Below, in pieces: positions 39,862-54,486 of a DNA stretch of 64,000 nucleotides. The notes beneath the pieces are model-generated. The model made no database searches. It was not told the origin of the DNA and saw only the letters and a list, made by a program, of their open reading frames with translations. The translations under genes and the position numbers were made by a program. Numbering within the stretch: position 1 is the first letter of the stretch; each line of letters begins with the position of its first letter. This stretch comes from the human T2T-CHM13v2.0 reference genome, Homo sapiens, in the NCBI RefSeq assembly GCF_009914755.1, contig NC_060947.1. One strand, given 5' to 3'.

Positions 39862-42800
39862 CTAATAGGCAAAATAACTAGCTAGCATCATAATGACAAG
39901 ATCAAATTCACACATACCAATATTAAACTTAAATGTAAATGGGCTAAATGTCCCAATTAAAGACTCAGACTGGCAAATTGGATAAAGAGTCAAGACCCAT
40001 TGGTGTGCTGTATTGAGGAGACCCATCTCACGTGAAAAGACACACATAGGCTCAAAATAAAGGGATGGAGGAATATTTACCAAGCAAATGAAAGCAAAAA
40101 AAAAAAAAAAAAAAAAAAAAACAAAGCAGGAGAGTTGTAATCCTAGTCTCTGATAAAACAGACTTTAAAACAGCAAACATCAAAAAAGACAAAGAAGGGC
40201 ATTACATCATGGTAAAAACATCGACGCAACAAGAAGAGCTAACTATCCTAAATAGATATGCACCCAATACAGGAGCACCCATATTCATAAAGCAAGTTCT
40301 TAGAGACCTTCAAAGAGACTTAGACTCCAACAATAATAGTGGGAGACATTAACACCCCACTGTCAATATTAGACATATGAATGAGACAGAAAAATAACAA
40401 GAATGTTCAGGACTTGAACTCAGCTCTGGACCCAGCAGACCTAATAGATATCTACAGAACTCTCCATCCCAAATCAACAGAATATACATTCTTCTCAGCA
40501 CCACATCACACTTATTCTAAAATTGTCCACATAATTGGAAGTAAAACATGCCTCGGCAAATGCAAAAGAATGAAAATCATAACAAACAGACCTCATAACT
40601 CTCAGACCACAGTGCAAACAAATTAGAACTCAGGATTAAGAAACTCACTCAAAACCACACAACTACATGGAAACTGGACAACCTGCTCCTGAATGACTAC
40701 TGGGTAAATAACAAAATTAAGGCAGAAATAAATAAGTTCTTAGAAACCAATGAGAAAAAAGACACAATGTACCATAATCTCTGGGACACAGCTAAATCAG
40801 TGTTTAGAGGGAAATTTATAGCACTAAGTGCCCACAGGAGAAAGCAGGAAAGATCTAAAATCAACACCGTATCATAACAATTAAAAGAACTAGAGAAGCA
40901 AGAGCAAATAAATTCAAAAGCTAGCAGAAGACAAGAAATAACTAAGATCAGAGCAGAACCGAATGAGATAGAGATATGAAAAACCCTTCAAAAAATCAAT
41001 GAATCCAGGAGCTGGTTTTCTGAAAAGATTAACAAAATAGATAGACCACTAGCTAGACTAAGAAAGAGGAAAAGACAAAAGAATCAAATAGACACACTAA
41101 AAAATGATAAAGGGGAGATCACACCTGATCCCACAGAAATAGAAACTACCATCAGAGAATATTATAAATACCTCTAGGTAAATAAACAAGAAAATCTAGA
41201 AAAAATTGATAAATTCCTGGAAACATACACCCTCCCAATACTAAACCAAGAAGATGTCGAATCCTTGAATAGACCAATAACAAGTTCTGAAATTGAGGCA
41301 GTAATTAATAGCCTACGAACCAAAAAAAGCCTAGGACCAGCCAGATTCACAGCTGATTTCTACCACACAGGTACAAAGAGGAGCTGGTACCATTCCTTCT
41401 GACACTATTCCAAACAATAGATAAAGAGAGACCCACTCCTCCCTAACTCATTTTATGAGGCCAGCAGCATCCTGATACCAAAACCTGGCAGAGACACAAC
41501 ATTGTCTTGATGGAACGTATCTCAAAATAATAAGAGCTATTTATGGCAAACCCACAGCCAATATCATACTGAATGAGCAAAAGCTGGAAGCATTCCCTTT
41601 GAAAACTGGCACAAGATAAGGATGCCCTCTGTCTCCACTCCTATTCAACATAGTGTTGGAAGTTCTGGCCAGGGCAATCAGGCAAGAGAAAGAAATAAAT
41701 GGTATTCAAATAGGAAGAAAGGAATTCAAATTGTCTGTGTTTGCAGATGACATGACTGTATATTTTGAAAACCCCCTCATCTCAGCCCCAAATCTCTTTA
41801 AGCTGATAAGCAACTTCAGCAAAGTCTCAGGATACAAAATCAATGTGCAAAAATCACAAGCATTCCTATACACCAATTATAGACCATCAGAGAGCCAAAT
41901 CGTGAGTCAACTCCCATTCACAATTGCTACAAGAGGATAAAATATCTAGGAATACAACTTACAAGGGATGTGAAGGACCTCTTCAAGGAGAACTACAAAC
42001 CACTGTTCAAGGAAATAAGAGAGGACACAAACAACTGGAAAAACATTCCATGCTCACAAATAGGAAGAATCAATACCATGAAAATGGCCATACTGCCCAA
42101 AGTAATTTATAGTTTCAGTGCTATCCCCATCAAGCTACCATTGACTTTCTTCACATAATTAGAAAAAACTACTTTAAATTTCATATGGAACCACAAAAGA
42201 GCCTGTATAGCCAAGACAATCTTAAGCAAAAAGAACAAAGCTGGAGGCATCGTGCTACCTGACTTCAAAATATACTACAAAACGACAGTAAGAAAAACAG
42301 CATGGTACTGGTACCAAAACAGATGTATAGACCAATGGGACAGAATCGAGTTCTCAGAAATAATGCCACCCATCTATAACCATGTGATCATTGACAAACC
42401 TGACCAAAACAAGCAATGGGTAAATGATTCGCTATTTAATAAGTGGTATTGGGAAAACTGGCTAGCCATTTGCAGAAAACTGAAACTGGACCCCTTTCTT
42501 ACACCTTATACAAAAATTGACTCAAGATGAATTAAAGACTTAAATGTAAGGCCTAAAACCATAAAAACCCAAGATGAAGACCTAGGCAATACATTCAGGA
42601 CATAGACATGGGCAAAGACTTAATGACTAAAACCCCAAAAGCAATGGCAACAAAAGCCAAAATTGACAAATGGGATCTAATTAAACTAAAGAGCTTCTGC
42701 ACAGCAAAAGAAACTATCATCAGAGTGAACAGGCAACCTAAAAAATGGAGGACAATTTTTGCAATCTACCCATCTGACAAAGAGCTAATATCCAGAATCT

Positions 42801-43719
42801 ACAAGGAACTTAAGCCAATTTACAAAACAAAAACAAACAAACGAAAACCAAACAACAACAACAACAACAAAAAACCCATGTAAAAGCAGGCAAAGGATAT
42901 GAACAGACCCTTTTGAATAGAAGACATTTATGCAGCCAATAAACATATGAAAAAAGCTCATCACTGGACATTGGAGAAATGCAAATCAAAACCACTATGA
43001 GATACCATCTCATGCCAGTGAGAATGGGGATCATTAAAAAGTCAGAAAACAATGAATGCTGGATGGGATATAGGGAAATAGGAACACTTTTACACTGGTG
43101 TTGGGAGTGTAAATTAGTTCAACCATTGTGGAAGACAGTGTGGCAATTCCTCAAGGATCTACAACCAGAAATACTATTTGACCCAGCAATCCCATTATTG
43201 GGTATATACCTAAAGGATTTTAAAACTTTCTACTATAAAGACACATGCACACATATGTTTAGTGCAGCATTATTCACAATAGCAAAGACTTGGAACCAAC
43301 CCAAATGCCCATCAATGATAGACTGGATTAAAGAAATGTGGCACATATATACCATGGAACACTATGCAGCTATAAAAAAGAATGAGTTCATGTCCTTTGC
43401 AGGGACATGGATGAAGCTGGAAACCATCATTCTCAGCAAACTAACACAGGAACAGAAAACCAAACACCCCATGTTCTCACTCATAAGTAGGAGTTGAATA
43501 ATGAGAACACATGGACACAAGGAGGGGAATATCACACACTATGGACTGTCATGGGGTGGGGGGCTAGGGGAGGAATAGCATTAGGAGAAATACCTAATGT
43601 AGTTGACGGGTTGATGGGTGCAGCAAACCACCATGGTACGTGTATACCTATGTAACAAACCTGCACGTTCTGCACATGTATCCCAGAATTTAAAGTAGAA
43701 ACAAACAAACAAAAAACCA
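39862..43719 (+). mobile_element. L1PA7-like with near-complete but disrupted ORF2
   Basis: ORF2 ATG at 39893 (MTRSNSHIPILNLNVNGLN), FADD RT motif in ORF 41653, C-terminus in ORF 42979; 16-bp TSD gaaaatagatg(c/t)taaa at 39846-39861 and 43720-43735. Confidence 0.95.
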
Positions 43720-44001
43720 GAAAATAGATGTTAAAATCCTTAACAAAATACTAGCTTAACAAATCCAACAACATATCAAAAAGGTAATCCACCATGATCA
43801 AGTGGGTTTTATACCAGGGATGCAGGGATGATTTACCATATGCAAGTCAATAAATGTGATACACCACATAAAGAGAATTAAAAACAAAAATCAGATGATC
43901 ATCTCAATAGATGTATAAAAAGCATTCTACAAAATCCAGCATCCCTTTTTGAATAAAGCTCACAGCAAAATCAGCATACAAGGGACATAACTCAGTGTTA
44001 A

Positions 44002-44889
<888 letters not shown>

Positions 44890-46070
44890 CTACAAATTCA
44901 ATGCAATCCCCATCAAAGTACCACCATCATTCTTCACAGAATTAGAAAAAAAATTCTAAAATTCATACGGAAACAAGAAAGCCCATATAACCAAAGCAAG
45001 ACTAAGCAAAAAGAACAAATCTGGAGGCATCACACTACCTTATTTCAAACTATACTATAAGGCCATAGTCACCAACACAGCATGGTGCTGGTATAAAAAT
45101 AGGCACATAGACCAATGGAACAGAATAGAGAACCCAGAAATAAACCCAAACAGAGAGAGCCAAGTTATCTTCGAGAAAGCAAACAAAAACATAAACTGGG
45201 GAAAGGACACCCTTTTCAACAAATGGTGCTGGGATAATTGGCTAGCCACATGTAGGAGAATGAAGCTGGATCCTCATCTCTCACCTTATACAAAAATCAA
45301 CTCAAGATGGATTAAGGACTTAAATCTAAGACCTGAAACTATAAAAATTCTAGAAGATAACATTGGAAAAACTCTTCTAGACATTGGCTTAGGCAAGGAT
45401 TTCATGACCAGAACCCAAAAGCAAATGCAATAAAAACAAAGGTAAATAGCCAGGACCTAAACTAAAGAGCTTTTGCACAGCAAAAGGAACAGATAGCAGA
45501 GTAAACAGACAACCCAGAGAGTGGGAAAAAATCCTCACAATCTATAAATCTGATGGACTAATATCCAGAATCTACAACAAACTCGAATCAGTAAGAAAAA
45601 AAACAAACAATCCCATCAAAAAGTTGGCTAAGGACATGAGTAGACAATTCTCAAATGAAGATATTCAAATGGCCACTGAACATATGAAAAAATGCTCAAA
45701 ATCACTAATGATCAGGGAAATGGAAATTTATTCCTGCAAGAATGGCCATAATCAAAAAATTGAAAAAAAGTAGATGTTGGCATAGATGCGGTGATCAGGG
45801 AACACTTCTACACTGCTGGTGGGAATGTACACTAGTACAGCTACTATGGAAAACAGCGTGGAGATTTCTTAAAGAACTAAAAGTAGAACTACAATTTGAT
45901 CCAGCAATCCCACTACTGGGAATCTATCCAGAGGAAAAGAATTCATTATACAAAAAAGATACTTGCACATGCATGTTTATAGCAGCACAATTCACAATTG
46001 TGAAATCATGAAACCAACCCAAATGCCCATCAATGAATGAATGAATAAAGAAACTGTGGTATGTATGTAT

Positions 46071-46116
<46 letters not shown>
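46071..46116. repeat. (GATA)n tetranucleotide STR, about 11 units
   Basis: Read directly. Confidence 0.96.
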
Positions 46117-46947
46117 GATGGAATACTACTCAGCCATAAAAAGAATGAATTAACAGCATTTGCAGGAACCTGGATGAGATCGGTGACTATTATTCTAAGT
46201 GAAGTAACTCAAGAATGGAAAACCAAATATTATATGTTCTCACTGATATGTGGGAGCTAAGGTATAAGGACACAAAGGCATAAGAATGATACAATTGACT
46301 TTGGGGACTTGGGGGGAAGAGTGGGAGGAGGGCGAGGGATAAAAGACTACAAATAAAGTGCAGTGTATACTGCTTGGGTGATGAGTGCACCAAAATCTCA
46401 CAAATCGCCACTAAAGAACTTATGTAACCAAATACCACCTGTACCCTAATAACTTATGGAAAAATAATTAAAATGAAAATATTCAGTAAGTTCTAAATTT
46501 GCTTGATTAATAGGCTTTTTGTTCTCTTGAGGATAATGAAATATTTCTTTCTTGATTTTGGTTTAAAACAACTTGAAATTTGAGGATCTTGCTGCAAAAG
46601 AGATTTAAAAAAAGAAATGCAGCTGTTTTCATTAAAAAATTAACTATCATTATGACCGCTCTCTTCCTGGAGAGAATATTTTTTAAATTCCTTTTTCTCT
46701 AACAGATTCATTTGCTGTCGAATAGCTTCCAGTTCCAGTAAGTCTTATATATTTTTAAACTTAAAAGGTAGTTGAGCATTTGAATATATTTTCTATTCCG
46801 ATTATTTATAGAGGAGCACAGTAGGTGTTACTTAAAACTAATCTTTCTAGGCCCAATACTTTTAAGTGTCAAATGCTGGGTCAAATTCAGAATACAAAAG
46901 CAGATTATGTAATAATCTCTAGTCTCAGTTTGCTCATGGACTAGGAA

Positions 46948-47694
46948 AGTAGTTTTTGATCTTGGCTGCATATTAGTTATATGGCGTACTTAAACAAAAT
47001 TGCAATGTCAATAACACACTCCAGAACAATTAAATTAGACTATTTGAGGAAGAGGGACCCAGGCATCAGTATTTTTAAAGCATCACAGCTGCCTCCAATT
47101 TACTGCCAAGGTTAAGTACCACTGAGTAGCTCAGTTGTTCTCATATATTAAAGGTATGTCTGTATCACCTGTAGGTCTTGTTCAGCCTTATATTACTGGA
47201 TAATACTCTGGAGTTTCTGATTCAGTAGATTTTGGTGGGCCTCAGAAATTTGTATTTTTATCAGTTTCCTAAGTGATCGATCGGTAATTTTCAATCATAA
47301 ATTACCATTAGAATTACCTCAGATGCAAAAGAAAAGAAAATAAAAAAGCAAGAAAAACAACAACAATGACAAAATACACCAATGCCTGTATCCTACTCAC
47401 AGAGATTCTGCTTTGATTGGACTGAGGCAGAATCCAAACATCAGTATTTTTTCAAAGAAGTTCCCCAGGTGATTCTAATATGCTCCAGGTATGACAACAA
47501 GCACTTTATCAGAAACAAAAGTTCTCAAGCTCTGACTGCAAATTTGTATCACCTCAGAAAATATTCAAATTTCTGAAGTCTAGGCCACACCTCAGACAAA
47601 TTAAATTATAATATTTTGTGGTGGGACTTAGGTATCATTTTTTAAAATGGCTCCCCATGTGATTCCAATATGCAGCTAAGGTTAAGAACATACT
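46948..47694. mobile_element. Cluster of about four MER5A/MER5B hAT MITEs
   Basis: Units at about 46948-47124, 47133-47278, 47290-47505 and 47519-47694 with MER5 motifs (ccaggcatcagtatttttaaa, tctgattcagtag, ccccaggtgattctaat, aaggttaagaac). Confidence 0.75.
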
Positions 47695-48021
47695 AGATAG
47701 TGGGGAGCGACTAGTACATATATAGAAAAAGATGTTATGAAGTATAATAAGGGAAATGGTATCATGCACAAACATAGCACTGAACTCAATGTGGTATCAT
47801 TCAAATAATCTCCCCAAAAGAAGAAACACTTCTTATTAATCTTGATGAAATTAGTGGGATGGATGGGGACATTTGGTTTAAGTGTCATTTCACAGAAGTA
47901 CATTTGGCTCAATAACTTCAGGTGTCTCTTTAGGTATCCCAAATTAAAATTTTATCTAAGCACTTAATTTTGTACTTTTAATGTTATTAGAATATTGGGT
48001 AAAAGGAAGTAATTAGACGTT

Positions 48022-48198
48022 TCATGGACGACTGGACGCTGGCTCTCAACTGACACTAATTCCAGGAGACACAAAACATCCTGTGACTCTCTCCTCAGTT
48101 CTAGAATGCATAGTTGGAATAGATACACTCAGCAGCTGTCAGAATCTCCATATTGCTTTCATGATCTGTGGAGTGAGGGCTACTATGTTGGAAAAGGC
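48022..48198 (+). mobile_element. Isolated ERVL protease-region fragment
   Basis: ctggacgctggctctcaactgacactaattccaggagac translates LDAGSQLTLIPGD; aligns by eye to 50200-50375. Confidence 0.75.
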
Positions 48199-49317
48199 TT
48201 TTTCTCTTTGATATAAGAGAAAATCTCCACTAAATTTATAAAATATCTTGAAGGTAATGAGTTGTAAAATGTTTTTATATGTGATTCAGCTAAAATTATA
48301 TTAAGAGAAAAAAGTATTGTCTTTATTATTAAAGAGGAAAGACCAGATTAAGGAGACCACAAAATAGCAGAAAGTCTAAATATTTCTTATCTTTTTAAAT
48401 CTTCTGTGTTGGCATGTTTAAAAATCACATTCCAAAACCCAAATCCCTCTTTAACATTGTTATATTTCTCTTAATTTTCAATTTTTATATACAGTTGTAA
48501 ATTTATTTTTGTAGGGTTTGCGGTAGACATTCTAGCTCATTTTATTTTATCTAAATAGCCTTTTGAACCCATATGACTTACTAAATAGAACGGACATACC
48601 ATTTTAATTACATGTTAAGTTCCCAACTGGCACTGGGATATTTCTGTGCTTTATAATCTCTAATGCCTGAAGTCCTAGCCTATTAGTGTGAAAGGACTAT
48701 CATGTTTTGTTAATTGGCTGTAGGGTATTTTTAATTTACAAAAACACAAGTCCTCAGTTAGTATACTTTCTCATATTTTTTTTAGCTAGCCTTAGGCATT
48801 TCTAAATGAATTTTATGGTCATTATATTCAAGTACTTAAAAAAGTGATTCTGATTGAAGCGATATTAAAATTATGAATTGAGTTTTTGAATCATTATCAG
48901 TTTGATTACATTAATTTTATAATTATATGTATTTTCAATTATTTACATATTTATATAGTTGTTTTATAAATTTATTAATATGGGCCTCGCAATTTTGCAA
49001 ATGTGTTGCTAAGTATATTAAAATTGTCACTGTGATAGTTGAGAATACGTATTTTCCACCACAATTTTGAGAAATAAATTTTTGAGGAGATCCTTGGTAT
49101 TTTTGAAGAGCTATGTGATTGCTCTTCTCTGTGAACCAGACCTTAAAGTAGGAAATACAACCATTCTGTTTGGAAACCTAAATGCAACGGGAGCAATTGG
49201 ACTTAGGAGTGGCAGAGGTCAAGTGGTGGCACTCAACCACCAAAGGCAAGGTGGGCATGGTTAATGTAATGAACAGCACAGACAAATCAACAGTCAGGAT
49301 AGTCTTAACTGTGTAGA

Positions 49318-49830
49318 TGCCGAGACCAGCTCGGTCGGGGAGACCCTAACCCAGCGGCGCTAGAGGAATTAAAGACACACACACAGAAATATAGAGGTGT
49401 GAAATGCGAAATCAGGGGTCTCACAGCCTTCAGAGCTGACAGCCCTGAACAGAGATTTACCCACATATTTATTAACAGCAAACCAGTCATTAGCATTGTT
49501 TCTGTAGATGTTAAATTAGCTAAAAGTATCCCTTATGGGAAACGAAGGGATGGGCCGAATTAAAGAAATAGGTTGGGCTAGTTAACTGCAGCAGGAACAT
49601 GCCCTTAAGGCATACATCTCTCATGCTATTGTTTGTGGCTGAAGAATGCCTTTAAGCGGTTTTCTGCCCTGGGCGGGCCAGATGTTCCTTGCCCTCGTTC
49701 CCATAAACCCACAACCTTCCAGCGCAGGCGTTAGGGCCATTATGAACATGTTATAGTGCTGCAGAGATTTTGTTTATGGCCAGTCTTGGGGCCAGTTTAT
49801 GGCCAGATTTTGGGGGGCTTGCTCCCAACA
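49318..49830 (-). mobile_element. MER9 (HERV-K HML-3) solo LTR
   Basis: Reverse complement starts tgttgggagcaagccccccaaaatctggccataaactggcccc; perfect 6-bp TSD tgtaga at 49312-49317 and 49831-49836. Confidence 0.95.
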
Positions 49831-51612
49831 TGTAGACCTATTGCATTTGCTAGTTGATCATGATGTTCCTAGAAATGAAATAGATAGGAAGCCTACTGAA
49901 GTCTTACTTGATCTGTGTAAGTGGAAAAGTTTTAGACTACATGAACAAAAATCTAACCTGAATCATAAAAAGACTCACAGTACCTCAATCAATTCCTGGA
50001 CATGAGCCAGTTTACAGACCCATACAGACAGACCCATAACTCCTTGAATGAAGGGGAAGCTAGACATCCTTGAGGAAGGACCTCAGTACACTTCCAAAAA
50101 TTTATACTCTTAATCTTTCTTCCAACTTTTCCCAATGGGACCTACAGCCTTTTTCCAGGGTCACTATACATTGGGAAAAAGAAAATAATCAGAACTTTCA
50201 GGGAATAGTGAACACTGGCTCTGAACTAACACTAATTTCAGGAGACCCAAAACATCCTGTGGCTATTTACCCAGTTCCAGAGGGCATAAATGGCATAGAT
50301 ATACTCAGCAGCTGGCAGAATACCTACATTGGTTTTCTGATATATGGAGTGAGGACTATTATGGTGGGAAAGCCCAACTGTAATTCATTACAACTGCCTC
50401 TCCCTAGGAAAATAGTAAACCAGAAGCAGTACCTCATTTCTGGAAAGATTTCAGAAATGAGTACCATCTTTAAGGCTTGAAACATGTAGGGATCGTGATT
50501 CCACCAAATCATTTTTTAACTGGCCTATTTGGTTTATGCAGAAGACATATGGGTGTTGGAAAATGACAATGAGTTACGGTGCGCTTAACCAGGTGGTGAC
50601 TCTAATTTCAGCTGCTGTCTCGGATGTGGTTTCACCATTTTGGCAAAACTGACACATCTCCTTATACCTGGTATACAGTTTTGATCTAGCCAATGTTTTC
50701 GTTCTCCATACTTGCTCATAATATCCTTCAGAAGCAGTTTACTTTCAGGTGCTAAGGCCATTAATACACCTCCACTATTACACTACAGGAGTGTATCAAT
50801 TATCCAGCCATGTCATAATTTGTTTTGCAGGAATCCTGATCACTTTTCCCTTTCACAAGATATCACACTAAACCATTACATTGAGGATATGCTGATTGGA
50901 CCTAATGAGCAAGAAGTAGCAACTACTTCAGACTCATTGATAAGACATTTGTGTGTCAAAGGGTAGAAAATAAACTAGGAAAAAAATGTTCTAGGGCCTT
51001 CTACCTCAGTAACATTTTTAGGATTCCAGCAGTGTGGCAACGGTAAGATATCTGTTCTAAGGTGAAGGATAATTGTTGAATCTGGCCCTTGTACAACCAA
51101 AAAAGAGGCACAACACCGAAAGATCCTCTTTGGATTTTAGAGGCAAAATATTCCTCGTTTGGGTGCATCACTATGGCCTATTTATGGAGTGGCCCAAAAA
51201 GCTTCTACTGTTGGGTGGAATTCAAAACAATAGAAGGCTCTGCAACATATCCAGTCTGTTGTGTGAGCTTCTCTGCCACTTGGCCCATATGATCCAGCAG
51301 ATCCGATGATGATTGAAGTGAAAGTGGCAGTTAGAGATACTGTTTGGAGCCTTTGGCAGACCCCTATAGGTGAATCTCAGTGCAGGCATTTAGTATTTGT
51401 GGGTAAAGTCCTGCCATCCTCTGGAGATAACTACTCTCCTTTTGAGAAACATCTTTTTGCCTGCCACTGGGCCTTAGTAGAAACTGAATGCTTAACCATG
51501 GGCCCCAAGTAACCATGCTAGTTGAGCTTCCCATCATGAACTGGGTGTTACCTGAGCCATCAAGTCATAAAACTGGATGTTTGGAATATCATTCCATCAT
51601 TACATGCAAGAT

Positions 51613-51619
51613 ACACACA

Positions 51620-51661
<42 letters not shown>
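51613..51661. repeat. (CA)n microsatellite within ERVL pol
   Basis: Read directly; one interruption. Confidence 0.95.
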
Positions 51662-51664
<3 letters not shown>

Positions 51665-53881
51665 CTCAATCTAGAAAATGTTTATTATATATATACTGAA
51701 CAGGTCCTGAAAGCACAAGCAGGTTATATGAAGAAGTGGCTCAAAAGTCCATGGTTCCTCACCCTGCCATATTGACTATTCTCTCCTTGCCTGAACCTAT
51801 GGCATTATGGGGAGTTTTCTACGGTTAGTTAACAGAGGAGCAGAAGACTTGGGCCTGTTTTATGGATGGTTCTGCAAGATATGTAGGCACCACCATAAAG
51901 GTGACAGCTACAGCACCATAGCCCCTTTCAGAGACATTACCGAAGCACAGTGGTGAAGGAAAGTCCTTCCGGTATGCAGAACTTCAAGCTATGCACCTGA
52001 AGTTTCCCTCTGCTTGGAAGGCGAAATGGCCAGATGTTTGATTATATGTCAGCTGATAGTCTGTGGCCAACGATTTGACTGTATGGTCAGGAAATTGGAA
52101 GGGACATGATTGAAAAGTCAGTTACAAATAAATTTGAAGAAGGGGTATGTTAATAGACCTCTCCGAATGGGCAAAAATTTGCAGATATGTGGGTTCTATG
52201 TAAATGCTCACCAAAGAGTAAAATCAGCAGAGGAGGATTTTAATTATCAAGTGGATAACATAACCTATTCTGTGGATACCACTCAGCCTTCTTCCCCAGC
52301 CACCCCTGTTATTGTCCAATGACCTAATGAATAAAGTGGCCATAGTGGCATGGATAGAGGTAATACGTGGGCTCAGCAACATGGACTTCTACTAAGATTA
52401 ACTTTGCTACAGCCATGCTGAGCACCTAATCTGTTAGCAACGGGGACCAACGCTGAGTCCCCAGAATGGCACCATCCCTTAGGGTGATCAGCTAGCTACG
52501 TGGTGGCAGGTTGCTTACACTGAACCACTTCCATCATGAAAGGGGCAGCATTTTGTTCCTGCTGGAATAGACTCTTACTCTGCATATGGATTTGCCTTCC
52601 CTACATGCCATACTTCTGCAAAAACTATTATCTGTGGAGTCACAGAATGCCTTATCCACCTTCATGATAATCTACACAGCATTGCTTCTGATCAAGGAAC
52701 CCATTTCACAACAAATAGAGTGTGCAAGGGGCTTATGCTCATGGAATTCAATGATCTTACCATATTCTCCACTACCTTGAAACAGCTAGCTTGATAGCAT
52801 GGTGGAATGATTTTTTTAAAACTCTGTTACAATGCCATTTAGGTGGCATTACTTTGCAGGGCTGGATAAAGTTTCTCCAGAAGGCTGTATATGCTCTGAA
52901 TCAGCATCAAATATATGGTGCTGTTTATCTGATAGCCTGGATTCATGGGTATAGGAATCAAATGGTAAAAATGAGAGTGGTATTATTCACTATTATCTCT
53001 AGTGACCCACTAGCAAATATTTGCTTCTTGTTCCCATGACCATTTGCTCTGCTGGCCTGGATATCTTAGTTCCAAAGGAAAGGAAGTTTCTACCAGGAGA
53101 CACAACAATAATTTCGTTGAACTAGAAGTTAAGACTGCCATCCAGCCATTTTAGGCTCCTCATATCTCTGAATCAACAGGCAGAGAAGAGAGGTACTCTG
53201 CTGCCTGGAATGACAGATCCTAACTACCAAGGTAAATTGGACTAGTACTCTACAATAGCAGTAAGGAAGAATATGTCTGGAATACAGCAAATCCCCTAGG
53301 GCATCTCTTAATCTTTGCTCAAATTCAATGGAAAACTGCAAGACTCAATTGAGGTAGAACTACTAATGGCCCAGACCCTTCAAGAATGGTTTAGGTTACC
53401 CCATCTGGTAAACAAGCACAATTAGCTGAGGTGGTTGCTGAAGACAAAGTGAATACAGAGAACGAGCAGTAGAAGGCAGTTATAAATGCCAGCTATGACC
53501 ATATTACCAGTTACAGAAAGGAGGACTGTTAATTATCATGAGTATTTCTTCCTTATTTTGTTATGAATATGGGTGTGGGCAATCTTTGCTTTCTTCCTTT
53601 TTTATTCCCTTATATAACATATGATCGGTTGACTTTCTATCATAGTATCAAAGTATTGTAAATTTTACATCATAATATTTAAATTATCAGACATCAAGAA
53701 GAGTAAACATTCCTCAAGGACTTTACCTCTTCTTGTTGGGAAAAGGTTAGCGCATTTTTTGTTGTATGAAGGATAGTGGTATCATATTAGGAGGAATTAT
53801 GGCCTGGTTATTACCTTTATTTGGAGATTAATTATGGTTTAAGGAGATGTATCTGGATGCCAAGTTGACAAGGACTGGACT

Positions 53882-54384
53882 TATGATGGTTAATTTTATG
53901 TGCCAATTTAATTAAGCCACAGGGTCCACAGATATTTGGTCAAATATAATTCTGGGTGTCTCTGTGAGCATGTTCGTTCATTAGATTAGCATTTGAATCA
54001 GTAGACTCAGTAAAGCAGATTGCTCTAAATAATGTGGGTGGCCCTCATTCAACAATTTGAATGCCTGAATAGAACAAAAAGGCTAACTTCACACAAGTAA
54101 GATTGTGGGAACGTTTTCTATCTAACTGCCTTGAGCTGGGACACTGGCATTTTTTGTTTTTTTTGTTTTTTTGTTTTCTTGTCTTCAGGCTTGAACTGAA
54201 TAATTTGTTCTTGGCTCTTGAGCCTGCTGGCTTTTGGACTGGAACTTGAACTATTAGCAATCCTGGTACTCAGGGCTTTGGACTTGAACTGGATTACTCT
54301 ATCGGTTCTCCTGGCTCTCCAGTGGGCCAACTACGGATCTTAGGACTTCTCAGTCTCAATAATCATGTGAGCCAATTCCTCATT

Positions 54385-54430
<46 letters not shown>

Positions 54431-54486
54431 AAATATATATATATTTTGTGTGTGTGTGTGTTTCTCTGGAGAACCTGAGTGATACA
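53882..54486 (+). mobile_element. MLT2 3' LTR of the ERVL, with (TG)n/(TA)n
   Basis: tatgatggttaattttatgtg start directly after the internal region; end tttctctggagaacctgagtgataca. Confidence 0.9.

Larger units (their letters stand above)
49054..53881 (+). mobile_element. ERVL internal region (gag 3', pro, pol, dUTPase), degenerate and 5'-truncated
   Basis: Protease-like NTGSELTLISGDPK, RT-like HYIEDMLIG, RNaseH/integrase remnants (KAVYALNQHQIYG), dUTPase-like segment at about 53050-53330, no env. Confidence 0.9.

Noticed and set aside
42979-43497. 172-aa ORF and similar ORFs (3953, 12196, 41653, 42252, 45742) as genes
   Set aside because: All are L1 ORF2 fragments separated by stops and frameshifts.
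50070-53039. ERVL ORFs as a domesticated gag/pol gene
   Set aside because: Catalytic motifs are mutated (DTG to NTG, YIDD to YIED), with many stops and frameshifts and an inserted microsatellite.
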